Shown in pieces: positions 37,032 to 41,594 of a DNA stretch of 41,594 bases. This stretch comes from an uncultured Clostridia bacterium. Lineage in GTDB: Bacteria > Acidobacteriota > Aminicenantia > UBA2199. The translations under genes and the position numbers were made by a program. The number at the start of each line of letters is the position of its first letter. The stretch's first letter is position 1. Below the pieces are notes generated by a model. It worked only from the letters and a program-made list of their open reading frames with translations. It did no database searches and had not been told where the DNA came from. The DNA is taken from the NCBI GenBank assembly GCA_964406785.1, contig CAYOTE010000001.1:1-41594 (forward strand), in the 5' to 3' direction.

Positions 37032-37777
37032 AAATAAGAATAGATTCAAGAGCAAACGAAAAGTTAAAAACTTTATTAAAAAGCGAGGATGATTATTATA
37101 TTTTTGAGGGCGAGAAGCTTGTAAAAGATATACTAAAAAAATCTACCGGTATTTCAAAGTTAATTACAATAAAAGAAAACGAAGGCTTTGCAGGTGAGTT
37201 TGGTGACAAAGTAAACGAAATATGGATTGTTTCAGAGCCTGTCATGAAAAAACTTTCAAAGCTTAAAGATAATTCTGATTTTATAGTATATATTAAGATA
37301 AAAAAGAGCAAGATAAATTTTTCATTGGCACAAACAATTCTTATATTAGACAATATTCAAGATCCGGCAAATACAGGTACTATTTTTCGCTGTGCCTCCG
37401 CCTTCGGGATATCGAATATTGCCTTTACGGGGAATTGTGTAAAACCGAATAATAGAAAGTTTTTAAGAGGCTGTCAGGGCAGTATTCTTGATATAAATCA
37501 TCAGTCTTTTCCCAGTTTAAATGACTTGCTCAAAAAATCAGAGATAAGAAATTATAATATTTATTTAACCTCTTCAAAAAAATCACATAGAACACTCGAT
37601 GTTGAACAGATAAATTTTCCAAGCTTGATTATTATAGGAAATGAAGGGTCAGGCTTGTCGGAAGATTTATTTCTTAAGTATCCATCTCTAAAAATACCAC
37701 AAAAGCCAACTATAGAGTCTCTGAATGCCGGTGTAAGTGCCTGTATAATCATGTACGAAATAAGTAAGCTTATATAA
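37028..37777 (+). CDS. TrmH/SpoU-family RNA 2'-O-methyltransferase
   Basis: SPOUT motifs LDNIQDPANTGTIFRCA, IIIGNEGSGLS and SLNAGVSACIIMYE. ATGA overlap with galE. Confidence 0.8.
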   Translation: MKIRIDSRANEKLKTLLKSEDDYYIFEGEKLVKDILKKSTGISKLITIKENEGFAGEFGDKVNEIWIVSEPVMKKLSKLKDNSDFIVYIKIKKSKINFSLAQTILILDNIQDPANTGTIFRCASAFGISNIAFTGNCVKPNNRKFLRGCQGSILDINHQSFPSLNDLLKKSEIRNYNIYLTSSKKSHRTLDVEQINFPSLIIIGNEGSGLSEDLFLKYPSLKIPQKPTIESLNAGVSACIIMYEISKLI

Positions 37778-37788
37778 CTTATATTATA

Positions 37789-38379
37789 ATGAAAAAAATA
37801 CTTCTCCATATTTGTTGTGCACCATGTGCCCTTTATGTATATGAAAAGTTAAGAAAAGAGTATGAAGTTACAGGCTTTTTTTATAATCCGAATATTCACC
37901 CGAAAAAAGAGTATGATTTCAGAAAAGACGAATTAATCAAGGTTGCGAAGATATATAATTGGGACATAGTTTATGCGGAATATGACATGGGAAATTGGTT
38001 TAAAGAAATCAAAGGATATGAGAAAGAGCCTGAAAAGGGCAAGAGATGTTCCATATGTTTTAATATCCGTCTTAAAAAAACATTCGAATATGCAAAAGAA
38101 GAGAATTTTGACATTGTTACATCAACTCTCTCAATAAGCCCTCATAAAAATACCGAACAAATTAATATAGAAGGCTATAAATTGAGCAAAGACTACAATG
38201 TTAATTTTCTTGATGAAAGTTTTAAGAAAAAGAACGGATATCATATAGGAAGGAAAATGGGCAAAGAGATTGGTGTTAAGGCTCAAGACTACTGCGGTTG
38301 CACCTACTCAAAGGTAGAAAGAATATTATTTAAAAGAGAGCGAAACAATAGTATAATAGATTTATCTAAGGCAAAATAA
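37789..38379 (+). CDS. queH: epoxyqueuosine reductase QueH (DUF208)
   Basis: N-terminal LLHICCAPCA, with CSICF and the C-terminal YCGC cysteine clusters characteristic of QueH. Confidence 0.85.
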   Translation: MKKILLHICCAPCALYVYEKLRKEYEVTGFFYNPNIHPKKEYDFRKDELIKVAKIYNWDIVYAEYDMGNWFKEIKGYEKEPEKGKRCSICFNIRLKKTFEYAKEENFDIVTSTLSISPHKNTEQINIEGYKLSKDYNVNFLDESFKKKNGYHIGRKMGKEIGVKAQDYCGCTYSKVERILFKRERNNSIIDLSKAK

Positions 38380-38746
38380 GCCAATCCAAGGCATCTTCTT
38401 TCGTGTTAAAAGACTTTATATTATTAGACTTTGAAAATGTTAATATGAATTTTAGAAAAACTTTTTGAATCCCTTTAACTCCAATAACTGCAAGTTTACG
38501 CATATACGGCTTGATATCAACCGATGCCTTCTTAAATGTATCAAGAACAGCCGTACTAATATATACATTTGTTATATCTAATAGTAAGAGTTGATTGGGA
38601 TTCCCCATTTTTATCGAGTTCTGTACATTCGCCTCAATTGCCGGGACAAAATCATCCTCATCAATGTTTCTATAATCATGCAGGGCAATTTCCATACCCT
38701 TATGAGTAATAATCAAATTTTTAGTTTTTCTATCCACATCATTCAC
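38366..38746 (-). CDS. STAS/SpoIIAA-like small protein
   Basis: 126 aa. The pattern LLLLDITNVYISTAVLDTFKK...LAVIGVKGIQKVF resembles STAS/SEC14-like domain proteins. Recognition is weak. Confidence 0.4.
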   Translation of the reverse strand: MNDVDRKTKNLIITHKGMEIALHDYRNIDEDDFVPAIEANVQNSIKMGNPNQLLLLDITNVYISTAVLDTFKKASVDIKPYMRKLAVIGVKGIQKVFLKFILTFSKSNNIKSFNTKEDALDWLILP

Positions 38747-38789
38747 AATAATTCAGTATCATACAATAAATTAAAAAAAAATTCAAGCT

Positions 38790-38959
38790 CCTAAAATTTT
38801 GATAAAAACTCCTGAAATTTCCATCAAAATACCAAGATGACTATTATAAGGAGTTAAGAGATTGATACAAATTAAACTTTGCAGTGTTGTTTATTTGAGC
38901 TTAGCACAATTATAATAGGGTTATTGTACATTGCAGTAGGCTTTTGATTGAAATTCCAG
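38790..38959 (-). mobile_element. MITE-like element copy D (inverted relative to copy C) with an extra half-TIR
   Basis: 38811-38959: the left end CCTGAAATTTCCATCAAAATACCAAGATGACTATTATAA matches the reverse complement of the copy C right arm. The right end ...TGTACATTGCAGTAGGCTTTTGATTGAAATTCCAG matches the reverse complement of the copy C left arm. A further CCTAAAATTTTGATAAAAA lies at 38790-38808. Confidence 0.55.
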
Positions 38960-39008
38960 AAAAACGTCAAGAAGTTGATTTCTTCTACTTAATATTGTAT
39001 AAATCGCT

Positions 39009-39677
39009 ATGAGAAAACTTTTTATTCTTTTACTTATTACAAATATGATTTCGCTTTTTTATTGTTCCAAGCCTGATACTCTTATACTTTTCCCGAAACG
39101 AGAAAAAATAAATAGACAGTCTTCCTTGTTTTTTAAACAAATAATCCTCGGACTTCCCCAATTGAAAGCAATTTCTTTTTCAGTAAAATATAAAAATTAT
39201 TTCTCAGCTTATATTAACTTAAGTAGAATATTAACAAAAACGCAATTCTTTATTGATTGTTTTGCTGAGTTTGAAGATGATTATACTCAAAATATTGAGA
39301 CTTTCAATAAAATAGCTGATAAAGTAAATTTTGATAATTATAGTAAAATGAAAGAAGAAATAGCATTTGATGATTTTGAAATTTTTACAATAATTCTATA
39401 CAGGCTGTATGATAACTATAAGAATAACAAACTATCAGGAAATATGTCATATAGGTTTTGGAACATAATTTTAAAAATATCAAAAGCAACATTAAAAAAG
39501 AAAAACCTCGAATGGAAAGATTATGCCGTTTTAAAACTATCAAGTAAACTCTTTTTTTTTAAAGACAAAATTAATTATAATAAAAAATCAGTAAAATTTA
39601 AGAATCAAATCAAAAATCAAATCAAAAATCAGATGCCAGACAATATTTTATTGAAATATATTTTAAATATTGATTGA
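39009..39677 (+). CDS. hypothetical lipoprotein
   Basis: Signal peptide with lipobox-like SLFYC. Contains a KNQIKNQIKNQ tandem near the C-terminus. No family recognised. Confidence 0.45.
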   Translation: MRKLFILLLITNMISLFYCSKPDTLILFPKREKINRQSSLFFKQIILGLPQLKAISFSVKYKNYFSAYINLSRILTKTQFFIDCFAEFEDDYTQNIETFNKIADKVNFDNYSKMKEEIAFDDFEIFTIILYRLYDNYKNNKLSGNMSYRFWNIILKISKATLKKKNLEWKDYAVLKLSSKLFFFKDKINYNKKSVKFKNQIKNQIKNQMPDNILLKYILNID

Positions 39678-40548
39678 ATGGAGAACTAAATTGAAAAATT
39701 ATCTTTTAATTGGAATAATATTATTAACAATTTCATGCGGAATAACTACAACAAAAAACGGAAAAATGGCTGTCAATTATTTTGAATACAGCAGAGGTAA
39801 ATCATCACATACAACATCAGATCTTCATTTGAAATATATAAATAATAATTATACATTTAAAGATATGAAATTAATTGACAAATCCTTCTTTCCCGATGAT
39901 TCTATTATTCCAAATGCCTTTTTTAAACCATTATTAAGATTAAATCCCGGAGATGCCTTGAAGGCATTTACAGAACCATATTACAGCTATAGATTTATTC
40001 ATTTTTTAAAGAATAATCCTAATATTGGCATTGGAATTGAATTTATTCATTTAAAGGTGTTTCTTGAAGATATGAATCAAATTTTAAACATGACAGGGCA
40101 ATTAAACGGGAAACAGATAAATCAAAATGCTAAAATAGGAGATTATATTACAATGTTTAATGTATCTCACGGAGTAAATCATTTTGGTTTACAACTGACA
40201 TACAGGTGGATGTTAAACAAAACAAAAAAAATTCAGGATGGAAAAGTTCAGCCATATGTAAATATAGCTGTCGGTCCGGCAGTCCCTCATCTTGAAATGG
40301 ATATGCTTGAAAACAGAACTCCAAGAAGAGTAGCCTATTCTTATCAATCAGGATTTAAAAATTGGGGAATAGGTGCCGGAGCGGGAATAAGATTTAAGCC
40401 TTGGCAAAGATTCGGCTTTTATATTGAATACAAGGTTACCTATTCTCACTTGTACGATATGTATCTTGATGAACTAAAAGACTCATCAAATATTCAAATG
40501 AGTTTTTCAGTTCATCATCTACAATGGGGACTATCTTTTATTTTTTAA
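39670..40548 (+). CDS. outer-membrane beta-barrel lipoprotein
   Basis: Lipoprotein signal ...LLIGIILLTISCG; the more likely start is TTG 39691, after GGAGA. Alternating strands and a C-terminal aromatic ...WGLSFIF. Confidence 0.5.
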   Translation: MIEWRTKLKNYLLIGIILLTISCGITTTKNGKMAVNYFEYSRGKSSHTTSDLHLKYINNNYTFKDMKLIDKSFFPDDSIIPNAFFKPLLRLNPGDALKAFTEPYYSYRFIHFLKNNPNIGIGIEFIHLKVFLEDMNQILNMTGQLNGKQINQNAKIGDYITMFNVSHGVNHFGLQLTYRWMLNKTKKIQDGKVQPYVNIAVGPAVPHLEMDMLENRTPRRVAYSYQSGFKNWGIGAGAGIRFKPWQRFGFYIEYKVTYSHLYDMYLDELKDSSNIQMSFSVHHLQWGLSFIF

Positions 40549-40584
40549 TACTTTTTATAATAACCATAATAACCGACTTCTATC

Positions 40585-41181
40585 TTAAAACATGAATTTT
40601 GTAGTTCCGAAAACTATCAACGAAGTCATCATAGCAACAAATACCATAGCTACAATATATACAATAAGCGTTACAACAAAGAACGTAATTTCTTTATTTT
40701 TATCAGGAGCTTTAATAATTCTGATACCTATAAATAAGAGGTAAAGTGAATATAAGCCTGCAAGTACTCCGATTGGTGCCAGTACAGGAATTATATTAAA
40801 AACACCCGCTATCCACGATGCAGTAGATGAATAGACGGCTATTTTAAGTGCAGCATGAATATCTCTTGGCGTATCAAAATATTCCGACACTACGTCTATA
40901 AAAAGTCCGAGAAGAAAAACACCTACAAGAGATAGTATATAGTAAAAAACCAAATACACAATTGCTCTTCCAAAAGGCATCCTAAAAGTAGCATATCCGT
41001 AACTCTTGCCTATTATAATCCAACCTAAAAAACTAAAAACAGCCGGTATAGCCGCAAGAACAATCGCATACTTCTTAAACAGGTCTACAAAATTAGTTTT
41101 CTCTTCTTTTATCTTCTCCCACTCCTCATTAGGCGTTTTCAACAGTCCAAGAACCCTTTTAATAATAAAATCAAAATTCAT
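40585..41181 (-). CDS. Yip1-family integral membrane protein
   Basis: Soluble N-terminus (LLKTPNEEWEKIKEE) followed by 5 hydrophobic helices. SD AAGGAGG before the ATG. Confidence 0.6.
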   Translation of the reverse strand: MNFDFIIKRVLGLLKTPNEEWEKIKEEKTNFVDLFKKYAIVLAAIPAVFSFLGWIIIGKSYGYATFRMPFGRAIVYLVFYYILSLVGVFLLGLFIDVVSEYFDTPRDIHAALKIAVYSSTASWIAGVFNIIPVLAPIGVLAGLYSLYLLFIGIRIIKAPDKNKEITFFVVTLIVYIVAMVFVAMMTSLIVFGTTKFMF

Positions 41182-41213
41182 ACCATCCTCCTTTTATCTA
41201 AACATTAAAATAA

Positions 41214-41242
41214 AATATATCAAAATAAAGAAATAATGTCAA
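41214..41242 (-). promoter_or_regulatory. candidate sigma70-type promoter for the Yip1-family gene
   Basis: On the minus strand: TTGACA (41242-41237), exact 17-nt spacer, TATATT (41219-41214), about 30 nt upstream of ATG 41181. Confidence 0.35.
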
Positions 41243-41594
41243 AATAATATAATTTTAGTGTAAGTTATTCTGGTGAGTTCTAAATATACAAATATCAAAT
41301 ATCGTGTCGGACACTTTCCCCCATTTATTTCACTTTTCCATCCACTCATTCCACCATTTTAATCAAACGCCCACATTACATACCTTTTCCTAATCGCAAA
41401 TATCATCAAAATACAATTTTCTGATAAATTAACCAGATTTTCCATGGTTTTTTAACAATTTATATACCTATTTCATTTAATTTATACAATTTTATTCACA
41501 CCCACCTCTACGAACATTTTTGGCTGATTATTCCGACTATTTATTTCTTGCTTTTAAATTACTTTTTTATTTGTTTGAGTTTCCTTGTTGAGTA

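Noticed and set aside
39603-39632. 12-nt tandem repeat AATCAAATCAAA x2.5
   Set aside because: It lies in frame within the lipoprotein CDS (KNQIKNQIKNQ). It is too short and lacks spacers, so it is not a CRISPR or regulatory array.

Overview
This is an AT-rich window (roughly 30% GC by eye) from a diderm bacterium, and most of it is ordinary chromosomal backbone. In order, it contains:
- an ABC-2 exporter locus (ATPase, two permeases, paralogous ATPase), followed by a secreted beta-propeller, a large SBBP-repeat surface protein and a small OMP;
- methylmalonyl-CoA mutase mutA-mutB with an overlapping porin-like gene, then ogt;
- an initiator tRNA-fMet;
- a HAL-type ammonia-lyase next to a partial menaquinone cluster (menG/ubiE, menF, menD, hotdog thioesterase);
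- a second ABC exporter and a transaldolase;
- an outer-membrane biogenesis block (tamB-bamA-surA-like);
- RNA-metabolism genes (yhaM, beta-CASP MBL RNase, TrmH-family methyltransferase, queH), galE, several small OMPs or lipoproteins, and a Yip1-family protein.

I found no CRISPR array, rRNA, transposase, integrase or recognisable defence system. The unexplained signals are mainly non-coding:
1. A family of roughly 150-185 bp MITE-like elements bounded by inverted repeats lies in several intergenic gaps. One copy carries a ~100 bp promoter-like module that recurs, inverted, 10.6 kb away.
2. A perfect 53-bp duplication of the tRNA-fMet 3' end and its flank lies beside a decayed tRNA copy that has a 57-nt insertion in the T-loop.
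3. An A16-C-T20 homopolymer palindrome appears to encode the TamB membrane anchor in frame, yet no canonical start codon precedes it.
4. Two ORF-poor regions remain unexplained (24.7-25.7 kb and the last ~350 nt).

All functional calls come from motif recognition by eye. No searches were run.
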